64,000 nucleotides of DNA, taken from a bacterium. GTDB lineage: Bacteria > Electryoneota > Electryoneia > Electryoneales > Electryoneaceae. Of this stretch, positions 49,908 through 58,588 are shown in pieces. The first letter of the stretch is position 1, and the number at the start of each line of letters is the position of its first letter. A program made the translations under genes and the position numbers. The notes under the pieces are model-generated. The model was not told the DNA's origin and did not search any database. It saw only the letters and a list, made by a program, of their open reading frames with translations. The stretch covers positions 864,001 to 928,000 of the forward strand of contig CAXXKJ010000002.1 in NCBI GenBank assembly GCA_963675295.2, given 5' to 3'.

Positions 49908-51221
49908 ATGGGTGAGCGTGTGACGATGACTCCGGATGTTGATTTCATCCGGAAGGTGCAGGAAGCTGGCGGCGGCACATTGAAGAAGTGCTACCAGTGC
50001 GCGACCTGCAGCACGGTCTGTGAGTTGTCCCCGGCGGACAAGCCGTTCCCGCGCAAGGAGATGTTGTGGGCGCAGTGGGGCATGCGTGAAAAGCTGATTT
50101 CCGATCCGGACATCTGGCTGTGTCACCAGTGCAACGACTGTTCGACACGGTGTCCGCGTGGTGCGAAACCGGGTGATGTGCTGGCGGCGATCCGTGCGCA
50201 CATTTACGAAACGTTCACGTTCCCGCGTTTCATGGGCAAGGCGCTGGCGTCCCCGGCGGCGTTGCCGATCCTGTTGCTGGTGCCGGCGTTGATCGTGGCC
50301 GGGTTGATTTTCCTCAACATCCAGTTCAACCAGGAACATCTGCAGCACGAGTTCGGGATTCATGAACAGGTGACGTTGTCGACGTTCTTCAACACGCCGG
50401 AAGTTCACCTGACGTCCTTCGTACCGGCCGGCTACACGGAGATGCTGTTCATCTTCGGCAACCTGGTCATTTTCCTGATCGCGGCGGTTGGGTTGTTGCG
50501 GTTCTGGAAGCAATTGCAGCATTCGGCCGCGCCTGGCGGTGGGCCGGGTTTTGTACCGGCGTTGCTGCAGACACTGGGCGACGTCTTCACGCACAAGTAC
50601 TTCGGCGAGTGCGGGCAGAATCGTCCGCGTCAGCTGGCGCACCTGTTCGTGATGTACGGCTTCCTGCTCGCGGCTGCCGCGGCGGGGCTGGCGTTGCTGC
50701 GTGTGATCAACACGAACCTCGGGTTGATTCCCGGTGACTGGTTCATGTATGGGCATGATCCGTCAAACCTGCCGAGCCCGATCAAGTGGGTCGGTATGAT
50801 TGGTGGGTTGGGCCTGTTTGTCGGCGGGCTGATGATGGTGATCCGCCGCAACACCAATGCGGACGGCGTCGGCGCGAACGGCTACGCCGACAAGCTGTTC
50901 CTGTGGATGGTGTTCTGGGTTGGCACGACGGGCATGCTGAGCTGGCTGCTGCGTTGGGCCGGTGTCCCGACGGTGGCCTATCCGCTGTATTACATCCACA
51001 TCGTTGTCGTCTTCTTCCTGCTGTGGTACATGCCGTACAGCAAGTTTGCACACATGCTGTATCGTGGTCTGGCGATGGTCTGGGCGCGTCAGAACATGCG
51101 GCAGTTCGGTAAGGAAGCGACAGCTGGCGCGCGCGCGATGGCGCCGCAGCCGGCAGCAGCACCTGTGGCGGCGATGGACGATGCTGAAGAAGAAAAGGAA
51201 GCGCAGCCTGCGACCGCGTAG
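49908..51221 (+). CDS. qmoC: Quinone-interacting membrane-bound oxidoreductase subunit C
   Basis: CYQCATC...C and CHQCNDC...CPRGAKPGD (two 4Fe-4S clusters), FPRKEM.WAQWG, and transmembrane helices with AHL and PYSKFAH..YR. Confidence 0.85.
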   Translation: MGERVTMTPDVDFIRKVQEAGGGTLKKCYQCATCSTVCELSPADKPFPRKEMLWAQWGMREKLISDPDIWLCHQCNDCSTRCPRGAKPGDVLAAIRAHIYETFTFPRFMGKALASPAALPILLLVPALIVAGLIFLNIQFNQEHLQHEFGIHEQVTLSTFFNTPEVHLTSFVPAGYTEMLFIFGNLVIFLIAAVGLLRFWKQLQHSAAPGGGPGFVPALLQTLGDVFTHKYFGECGQNRPRQLAHLFVMYGFLLAAAAAGLALLRVINTNLGLIPGDWFMYGHDPSNLPSPIKWVGMIGGLGLFVGGLMMVIRRNTNADGVGANGYADKLFLWMVFWVGTTGMLSWLLRWAGVPTVAYPLYYIHIVVVFFLLWYMPYSKFAHMLYRGLAMVWARQNMRQFGKEATAGARAMAPQPAAAPVAAMDDAEEEKEAQPATA

Positions 51222-51255
51222 GGGATAACACGACACGGAACTGTCGTGGAACGCA

Positions 51256-51286
51256 AAAGCCGCGTCTGGATACCAGGCGCGGCTTT
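51256..51286. terminator. Bidirectional terminator
   Basis: AAAGCCGCGTCTGG/CCAGGCGCGGCTTT between convergent genes. Confidence 0.7.
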
Positions 51287-51335
51287 GCTGTCTGAATTAA
51301 CCACGGAATATGCGGAAGAAACAATGACCAACGGA

Positions 51336-52460
51336 CTACAGGTCGTCGCGGATGATGTAGTAGTCGCCGGTGCCCGTAGAACCGAGCAGTTGCATCCGGC
51401 CATCGTCCATCAGGATCATTTCGTGGAAATCATTGATACTTTCAGAACTGCCGTACTCTCGTTCCGCGATAAGTTCACGTTCCAGATCAAACTGCAGCTG
51501 CACAAGATGGGAATCCCAGTCCCCGTCCGTGTCATTGATACCCATGGTCACCAGCGTACCATCGTCAGCCACAGCGACGGCCCTGCCTTGGGACGATGAG
51601 GAATGCACGTGCAGGTGTGACCACTTCTCGCCGCCGTTTGGAAGGAATTCGATAATCGCCATTTGGTCGGTCTCTTGATCAATCACCGTTCCGACAATCA
51701 CGTACGTGTCGATTCGTGTGGCAGCCATCGAGATGTCGTCGCCGACAAAATCGGGGACTAAGAAGAGGATGATGGATTCGTTGTTAAGCCCGGCCTGGTC
51801 ATAGAACTGCAGGGTAAGCACGGGTCCGATCCCGATTTCATACTTGAAGACAGCCAGCACGACACGATTAATCGAATCTGTTGTAATGGCGAACATCGAG
51901 CGTTCGGCCGGTTCGGTAACCTGCCACAGCACCGTCGAATCCAGCGACACGGCCGTCAGGTGAACGCTCTGGTCGGTGCTTTCGTAGCTGGCGAGGATGA
52001 ATGCGCCATCGTCACGGATCAAACCACGGTCGGCGGTTGTTTCGACCGACCACGTTCTGTTCCCGCCGCACATCATCGTCGCTTGACCGTCCTCGGTAAT
52101 CACAAGCACGTCTGACAAGGAAACAGGGATCACTTCCGTCACAACGGCAGTGAATTCCCAACTCTTCAGGTACTTGCCATCCGGGCCGAACCGTCCCACC
52201 CAGCCTTCGCCGCTATCGATGACTTCTCCGCCAACGAAGACATATCCGTCTGATGTGCTGCCCAGATCATGGACCTCGATTCCGACAATTTCGAGGACAA
52301 AGTACCCGTTCAGCGCGTGTTCATACTCCTGAATGCCGGTTGGGACAGACGATTCCTCGCACCCGGGCAGGAGGATGAGCAGTATCAACCCTACCAGCGC
52401 CGCCGGGATCAGGCTGCGGTTTGGGTTGAGCGAGCGACGTTGCCGGGGGGTGGCGTTCAT
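51336..52460 (-). CDS. Lipoprotein, beta-propeller-like
   Basis: Lipobox LPGC; repeated G...W blade motifs. Confidence 0.65.
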   Translation of the reverse strand: MNATPRQRRSLNPNRSLIPAALVGLILLILLPGCEESSVPTGIQEYEHALNGYFVLEIVGIEVHDLGSTSDGYVFVGGEVIDSGEGWVGRFGPDGKYLKSWEFTAVVTEVIPVSLSDVLVITEDGQATMMCGGNRTWSVETTADRGLIRDDGAFILASYESTDQSVHLTAVSLDSTVLWQVTEPAERSMFAITTDSINRVVLAVFKYEIGIGPVLTLQFYDQAGLNNESIILFLVPDFVGDDISMAATRIDTYVIVGTVIDQETDQMAIIEFLPNGGEKWSHLHVHSSSSQGRAVAVADDGTLVTMGINDTDGDWDSHLVQLQFDLERELIAEREYGSSESINDFHEMILMDDGRMQLLGSTGTGDYYIIRDDL

Positions 52461-53608
52461 GGGTCCATCTCCTCACGCACGATGACCACCTGCCCATCGG
52501 TCAGGCTGGACGCGGTCATGTAGTAGGCCAGCTGGATCAGGTTGTCGTCGAGCACGGCCACATCCAGCGGTGTGGGAGTCTGGTGCGGGAAGGACTCGCC
52601 GTATGCACGTGTCCACAACACATTACCGGACGCATCGAACCTGAACAGCTTGATCGGATTCGCTTCCGCGACCAGTGTAAGCAGGAAAAGGCCGCCGTCA
52701 TCCCCGGATTCGATCCTCGCCTGCAAGGAGAAAATGCCGGAGAAGACATGGTCCCAAGCGATTGAACCGTCAGCGTTCCACACAACCAACAGTTGTTCAG
52801 GCAGGTTCTGGCCACCAGCTCTCACACTCCGAACAGCAAATCCACCGTTTGTCAGCGCGACGAATTGACGGGCGAGCGTGATGAAACCGGGATCGGTCAA
52901 AGGGATCGTATGCTGCTCAGAACCATCAGCCGAGATGACGCGAATCCCGGTGATGGAATAGGCGTCAGGATCTGGAACGGGATCATTACCCGTCCCGGCC
53001 TGCAGCAACAGTGCGATGTCGCCGTTCGGCATCAGGGCCGCGCCGACAGCGAGTTCGTGCGGCTCGCGCTCGAAGCTGGTCGACCACAGGGTGACACCGA
53101 GCGCGTTGACGGCGGTGACGTGGATCAGTGTGTCCTCGACGCCATCGTGTCCAGCGAAAATGACGCTGCCGTCCGGGCGGGGGAGTGTGGAGGTCGCCGG
53201 GATATCGAGCAGCCAGTCAACGCCGCCTTCGGAATTGTACTTGACCGGCATCGGCGTGCCGGAACCGACGCAGCCATAGTCAACCGTCGCGTGGATATCG
53301 CTTGCGATGAAGTCCTCGCCGTCCGTTTCGAACAGGGTCTGCCCGTATGGCGAGAGCCGAATGACGTTGATGCCGTAATTCTCCGCCGGACTCGCGCCGA
53401 AGAGGGTTGTCCCGAGAATGAAGACATCTCCGCCGGGGGACGTGTCCGCGGTAAAGACCTGCGGATAGTCCAGCGTATCCGAGACGAACACGCCGGCGTC
53501 GGGCAATGGATCGTCGACCGTTCGTACAACATCGCCGTCTTCACATCCGGCCAGCAGGATAAGGGTGGAAAGCATAACGGATAGCAGAATGACAAACCGT
53601 GCGCGCAT
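52457..53608 (-). CDS. Lipoprotein, beta-propeller-like (probable paralog of 51336-52460)
   Basis: Lipobox LAGC; ATGA coupling; shared RPDG/RDDG..I.A and H(V/L)TAV....LW motifs. Confidence 0.65.
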   Translation of the reverse strand: MRARFVILLSVMLSTLILLAGCEDGDVVRTVDDPLPDAGVFVSDTLDYPQVFTADTSPGGDVFILGTTLFGASPAENYGINVIRLSPYGQTLFETDGEDFIASDIHATVDYGCVGSGTPMPVKYNSEGGVDWLLDIPATSTLPRPDGSVIFAGHDGVEDTLIHVTAVNALGVTLWSTSFEREPHELAVGAALMPNGDIALLLQAGTGNDPVPDPDAYSITGIRVISADGSEQHTIPLTDPGFITLARQFVALTNGGFAVRSVRAGGQNLPEQLLVVWNADGSIAWDHVFSGIFSLQARIESGDDGGLFLLTLVAEANPIKLFRFDASGNVLWTRAYGESFPHQTPTPLDVAVLDDNLIQLAYYMTASSLTDGQVVIVREEMDP

Positions 53609-53694
53609 GATGCCCCCCAGAATGCGATGATACCCACACATTGATAGCTACAATAACCTACACTCGGGGGTGTGGATGTCGCAAGGAATGGGGA

Positions 53695-54525
53695 TCAATC
53701 GCTTGGCGATTGTTGGGTGACGCTGAGCCGTGTGCGGGAGACCGTAGCTGCGTGGCCGCTGCGGATCAGGCCGGCCTTGGTGTAGCGGAGGAACTTTTCG
53801 TAGCCGGTGGATACGGCGAGCAGAGCGCCGTGCGTGCCGTCGAGGAAGCCGCGTTGCAGCAGGTATTTCTTGACGAAGGCGGCGAGGCCGTGGCGTACGC
53901 CCGGCGCGAGGCCGGCGCGACGGTTCGGGTCGGCGGCGATTTTCTCGGCGGCGAGGGTGCTGTAGAGGTCGATCTTCGCGAGATAACCGGCGAAGGTCGG
54001 GTTGGTGTGATGGTCGAGCGGGTGATAGAGACGGCGCACACCCACGTTGACAGTGATTTTTTCGTGAACGCTGTCGTCGGAAACGCGGAACAGTCCTTGT
54101 TTCATCAGCCGCAGTACCCAGTCACGGTCCCAGCCGCCGTGCCGCATCTCACGGCCAAGGAAGAACGAGCGGCGTGGGAGTTCGTACCCGTCGGCGTCTG
54201 GATTGGCAATGGTGCTGAGGATTTCTTCGGCGAGGGCGGGGGGGATGCGTTCGTCGGCGTCGAGCGACAGCACCCAGTCACCGGTCGCGAGCGCCAGCGC
54301 GTGTCCCTTTGTCAGTCCGAAGCCTTCCCAGTCCAGTTCGACGACCGTTGCGCCGTGTTCGGCGGCCAGTTCCCGCGTGCGGTCGGTGGAGCCGGTGTCC
54401 GCGACGATGCGTTCATCGGCGAACGCGCACGACTCCAGGCACGCGTCGATGTTGAGCGCTTCGTCCTTCGCCATGATGACGATGGACAGGGTTGGGCGGT
54501 TCTTCTTCGAACCGGTTTCGGTCAT
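53695..54525 (-). CDS. Glycosyltransferase family 2 (LPS beta-1,4-glucosyltransferase-like)
   Basis: D.GSTDRT, DWVLSLDADE, VHE and GFLDG..G. Confidence 0.85.
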   Translation of the reverse strand: MTETGSKKNRPTLSIVIMAKDEALNIDACLESCAFADERIVADTGSTDRTRELAAEHGATVVELDWEGFGLTKGHALALATGDWVLSLDADERIPPALAEEILSTIANPDADGYELPRRSFFLGREMRHGGWDRDWVLRLMKQGLFRVSDDSVHEKITVNVGVRRLYHPLDHHTNPTFAGYLAKIDLYSTLAAEKIAADPNRRAGLAPGVRHGLAAFVKKYLLQRGFLDGTHGALLAVSTGYEKFLRYTKAGLIRSGHAATVSRTRLSVTQQSPSD

Positions 54526-55583
54526 CCGGAACTCCGGGCCAGCATCTCGTTGTACACCGCAAGGTAACGCTTTGCGATCGCCGGTAGGGTGACGTTGTCC
54601 AGTGCCCACTGTCGCGCCTTGTCCGCCATCGAGGCACGTAGCGTGGCGTCATCCAGCAACCGCGACACGTGATCCGCGAGACAGGATGGGTTGCCGTGCT
54701 GACAGGTCAGGCCACGGTCGGCGACGCTGTCCCGCATCCCGCCGGTGAGGGTTGAGACGACCGGCACGTTGTGCACGAACGCGTCGTAAACGCTGCTGTT
54801 CAAGCCCTCGGTCTTGTTTCCGGTAACGAGGAAGACAGTGAACATCGCATACAGGTCCTCGACGCCGTCGATGTGACCGAGCAGCCGCAGCCGGTCCTGC
54901 AACCCGTATTTCTCGATCCCGGCACGGACCTTGTCGCCGAGCTGATCGTTGCCACACTGGACGACAACAAAATCCTGCCGTCGTTTCGCCAGCTCACGCA
55001 CGGTTTCGACCAACAGGCGCGGGTCTTTCTGCGGAACAAGATCGCCCACCCAGCCGATCAGGTTTGTGCCGTGTGGCACACCGGCGGAATCCAGGATGGT
55101 CCGGGCACGGTCCGCGACGAGCTCGCGGGGTTTGACGGCGGACGAGATGATCTCGACGTCGCGCACGCCGAACTCATTCAGCGTATCACGTATCGCGGTG
55201 CTGATGGCGATGGTCCGGTCGGTGGCGTTGTATTTGAGCACCGAACTGAAGCCGTGCGGCTTGAAATTGACCCGGCGGGTGTAGAGGATCGGACGGTTGT
55301 GCAATGGTTTCGCGAGCACGGCGATCGACTGGCCTTTTGCGGACTGGGCGTGGATCAGGTCATAGCCGCGGCCGACGGCGGAGGTAACCCGGACGGCGTC
55401 AGCGGTGTTGCGTGCCGCGTGGACGGTAACCGGCAGATCGCGCACGGCATTGTGCAGCGGGAAGTTGTCACGGCAGACCAGGCCGACCTCGACGCCGGCG
55501 TCGAGCAGGCCCTCGATGGTGTAGACCGTTTGACGTTCGCCTCCGCGCCAGGTCTTCTCGGTGTTGATCTGCAGGATCCGCAT
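54522..55583 (-). CDS. Glycosyltransferase family 4
   Basis: MRILQIN...WRGGERQ, YTRRV.F and EGL...V.DA. Confidence 0.85.
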   Translation of the reverse strand: MRILQINTEKTWRGGERQTVYTIEGLLDAGVEVGLVCRDNFPLHNAVRDLPVTVHAARNTADAVRVTSAVGRGYDLIHAQSAKGQSIAVLAKPLHNRPILYTRRVNFKPHGFSSVLKYNATDRTIAISTAIRDTLNEFGVRDVEIISSAVKPRELVADRARTILDSAGVPHGTNLIGWVGDLVPQKDPRLLVETVRELAKRRQDFVVVQCGNDQLGDKVRAGIEKYGLQDRLRLLGHIDGVEDLYAMFTVFLVTGNKTEGLNSSVYDAFVHNVPVVSTLTGGMRDSVADRGLTCQHGNPSCLADHVSRLLDDATLRASMADKARQWALDNVTLPAIAKRYLAVYNEMLARSSG

Positions 55584-55666
55584 CCGTTCCCGGGTGCTGG
55601 TTGACGTTGTACATTGGCGGCAAGATACGCATTTCCCCGGGATGCTACCGACTCTGGAGGGGCGAC

Positions 55667-56362
55667 GTGAACGAAATCGATGTCAAGCACCTGCGCGGCG
55701 AACTGATCGAAGTTGGCAAACGGCTGGATCAACGCACGCTGATCTCCGGCACGGAAGGCAACGTTTCGGTACGGTTGGGCGAGGACTCGATCCTGATCAC
55801 CCAGTCCGGCACGATGCTCGGCAGGCTGGTACAGAAGGATTTCGTGCGCGTCGGGTTGAGTTCGGGCGAGCTGCTGGACAAAGACGGCAAACCGACCTCG
55901 GAGCTGGGCGCACACCTGAGTACGTATCGCGCGGACCCGAAGATTCAGGCGATTGTACACGCACACCCGCGGTCGTGCGTCGCGTTGACGTTGCGCGGCT
56001 GGACGCTGGAAGGGATTCCGCTGCCGGAGGCGGCGTACGCGATCGGGAGTGTGCCGACGTGCGCGTTCGCGGTGCCGGGCTCGGACGAAGGCGGGGAGGT
56101 GATGGCTGAATGGGCGGCACAACGGGATGTGCTGGTGTTCGACCGGCACGGCGCGTTCACGTTCGGCCGGACACCGTTCGAGGCGTTGGCGCGGATGGAG
56201 ATGCTGGACGCGGTCGCGCAGTCGGTGCTGCTCGCGGGTGGGCCGGATACTATCAAACCGATGACGCCGGAACAGGTGGATCGGGTTGTCGCGAATGCGT
56301 TGAAGGGTGGTGTGCGTGAGGATTCGCTTCGTGCCTGGGCGGATGCGGTGAAGGGGCGGTGA
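55667..56362 (+). CDS. Class II aldolase/adducin family protein
   Basis: GTEGNVS, PTSE...H, VHAHP and HG. Confidence 0.85.
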   Translation: MNEIDVKHLRGELIEVGKRLDQRTLISGTEGNVSVRLGEDSILITQSGTMLGRLVQKDFVRVGLSSGELLDKDGKPTSELGAHLSTYRADPKIQAIVHAHPRSCVALTLRGWTLEGIPLPEAAYAIGSVPTCAFAVPGSDEGGEVMAEWAAQRDVLVFDRHGAFTFGRTPFEALARMEMLDAVAQSVLLAGGPDTIKPMTPEQVDRVVANALKGGVREDSLRAWADAVKGR

Positions 56363-56370
56363 ACAGAAAA

Positions 56371-56480
56371 CCCGCGTTGTCCGAAGCCAACACGGGCAAG
56401 AATCACTGTTTTACCGACCACCGATTACCGACTTACCGACTACCGGCCATTGTTTTACCGACCACCGATCACCGACAACC
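56371..56480 (-). repeat. TCTTG-tagged hairpin (56371-56401) plus ACCGA-containing heptamer tandem array
   Basis: Seen directly; the same combination occurs at 42333-42545. Confidence 0.7.
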
Positions 56481-56484
56481 TCCC

Positions 56485-57357
56485 TCATTCCCCTTCGAGC
56501 AACTGATGGAACAGGCTGCCGCGTTTGAACAGGAACAGGCCGTGTTCGTAGTCCTGGAACAGTTCTTCGGCGAGGAAGCCGTGTTGCGAGGCCCATTGGC
56601 GGACAAACTGGTTCCACGCCGGCCGTTCGGCATCGTCGATCAGGATCACGGTGTCGTCGTGGAACTTGTCCGCGAGCACTGTCAGCCCAGCCCGGCGTTG
56701 CAGGTTATCATCGTAGTCGGGGGGACCGTCCACGAGCAGCACGTCAATCTTCTCCAAATCCTCGAACTTGGCCGGGTCGTACCAGTGCAACGTGCGGCCG
56801 TCCTGCTGGAAGCTGGTCAGCGGTGCATGGCGGATTTCCGCCCAGGTTTCCATCCCGTGCAGCGCCATGTCGTTGGCGGTGCGACGCGCCCATTTCTGTT
56901 CGTGATCGTAGGCGTACACCTTGCCGGACCCGTTTTTCTGCAGCTGCAGAGAGGCGAGCAGGGTGGAGACGCCGCTGCCGAGCTCGACCACGACTTCCGG
57001 TTTCGTCTGACGCAGCAGCTTGACATAATGCAGCGCGGTCAACGGCTGCAATGCGGCGTCGCCTAGCAGCGGAAGTGAGTGTTCCGGCTTCAGCTCGTGA
57101 TACAGGCCGAGAATGCCCTGCATCTGCCGCTGGTTCGAGATGCTGCGTCGATTGAGCATCACGATGCGCATGAAGGTTTCGGCGAGCAATGTGCCGAGCG
57201 CGAACAGCGCGGCGGCGAAACCGAGCAGCGTGCCGGAGGTCAACCGGCGGCGGTTGACGATGTTCATGAACAGCCACCAGGCGCCGGCGAGGCCGCCCAA
57301 CGCGCCGATCGCCCACTGCGGCAGGATCGCTTGCCGGGTGTGTGATTTCAGGTCCAT
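56485..57357 (-). CDS. Membrane-anchored class I SAM-dependent methyltransferase
   Basis: Two N-terminal TM helices; VVELGSGVST, LLVDGP and ILIDD. Confidence 0.8.
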   Translation of the reverse strand: MDLKSHTRQAILPQWAIGALGGLAGAWWLFMNIVNRRRLTSGTLLGFAAALFALGTLLAETFMRIVMLNRRSISNQRQMQGILGLYHELKPEHSLPLLGDAALQPLTALHYVKLLRQTKPEVVVELGSGVSTLLASLQLQKNGSGKVYAYDHEQKWARRTANDMALHGMETWAEIRHAPLTSFQQDGRTLHWYDPAKFEDLEKIDVLLVDGPPDYDDNLQRRAGLTVLADKFHDDTVILIDDAERPAWNQFVRQWASQHGFLAEELFQDYEHGLFLFKRGSLFHQLLEGE

Positions 57358-57469
57358 ACCATGTCTCAGGGTTCAGTTGTTGTGAAGTGGCGGAAGATAA
57401 TACGCTCAGTCGTGCGAGTTCGCCGTTGAGAGGCGGAAGTGTGCCGCTCGCGAACGCATGATTTCAGAA

Positions 57470-58357
57470 TCAGTCGTTCTGGTAGGAGGGCAGAACTCCG
57501 GCGGGCAGGCCGTCCCGTTGCGCGGCGAGGACGCTGTCCTTGCGATACAGGATCAGCGACCGTTTTTCGTTGAGGAACGGTTCCTCGATGACGAAATCGT
57601 GTTCCATCGCCCAGCCCTGCACCCAGTTGCGCCAGCGGGGACGGTTGCCGTCGTCTACGATGATCACGGAATCGTGCGTGAAACGGTTGGCGAAATGCGC
57701 CAGTCCCGGGCGGCGGTTACCGCGGTCGCCAAGATCACGGGGCCCGTCCACCAGCAGGATATCGATACGGTCGAGGTCGTTGGACATGCGGGTATCATAC
57801 CACTGCACCGTGTCGCCTTCGATGTCGTACGATTTCAATGGCGCGTGCCGCACCTCGGCGATGCCGGCGGCCTGATGCTCGAGCAGATCGTCCCGGGTTT
57901 TCGCAGCCCAGTTTTCGTCATCCTCGAGCGCGATCACCCGTCCGGTGCCGTTTTCCTTCAGTTGCAATGCGGCGAGAACGGTGGACACCCCGCCACCGAG
58001 TTCAACGACCACTGAGGGACGCAGTTGCCGGATCAGTTTGACGTATTCCAGCGCAGTGTCGGCGCTGAGTGCGGCGGTACGCAGCATCGGGATCGGGGCG
58101 GTGGGTTTCAGCGATGCGTACAGTCCGAGCAGGGCCTGGAGCTGGCGCTCGTCGTGGATGGTGCGTCGGCGCAGGTCGATCACCCGCAGCAGCAGTTCGA
58201 GCATCAGCAGCGCACCGATGAAGAAGATCAACGCCTCCGCGATCAGCCGGCCGGCATCCCCGAGCAGTTCGGTGAGCACGACGGCGAACGCCCACCACGC
58301 GGCCATCAGGCCGATCAGGATGAGCACGAGCAAGGTGTTGATGAATGGTCTCTTCAT
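57470..58357 (-). CDS. Membrane-anchored class I SAM-dependent methyltransferase (paralog)
   Basis: Two TM helices; VVELGGGVST, LLVDGP and IIVDD. Confidence 0.8.
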   Translation of the reverse strand: MKRPFINTLLVLILIGLMAAWWAFAVVLTELLGDAGRLIAEALIFFIGALLMLELLLRVIDLRRRTIHDERQLQALLGLYASLKPTAPIPMLRTAALSADTALEYVKLIRQLRPSVVVELGGGVSTVLAALQLKENGTGRVIALEDDENWAAKTRDDLLEHQAAGIAEVRHAPLKSYDIEGDTVQWYDTRMSNDLDRIDILLVDGPRDLGDRGNRRPGLAHFANRFTHDSVIIVDDGNRPRWRNWVQGWAMEHDFVIEEPFLNEKRSLILYRKDSVLAAQRDGLPAGVLPSYQND

Positions 58358-58588
58358 GCCACACGCACGGCTGAGGGGGACGTGAAACAGTAACGGCGAA
58401 CTCATGGAAAGGTAACATCTGGCGGACACCCGGCAAGGGGGAGGCGGGCCCGAGTGGGGAGAGCGAAACAGTTCTTATCGCTCTCAAGGCTTGGTGTTTC
58501 GGGGAGTGGGGCAGTACCTTCCCAAATTCGATTGATGGGCGCAACCCGCGTATGGGCAAGGGAAACAAGCGAAACAGGCAGGGCACCT

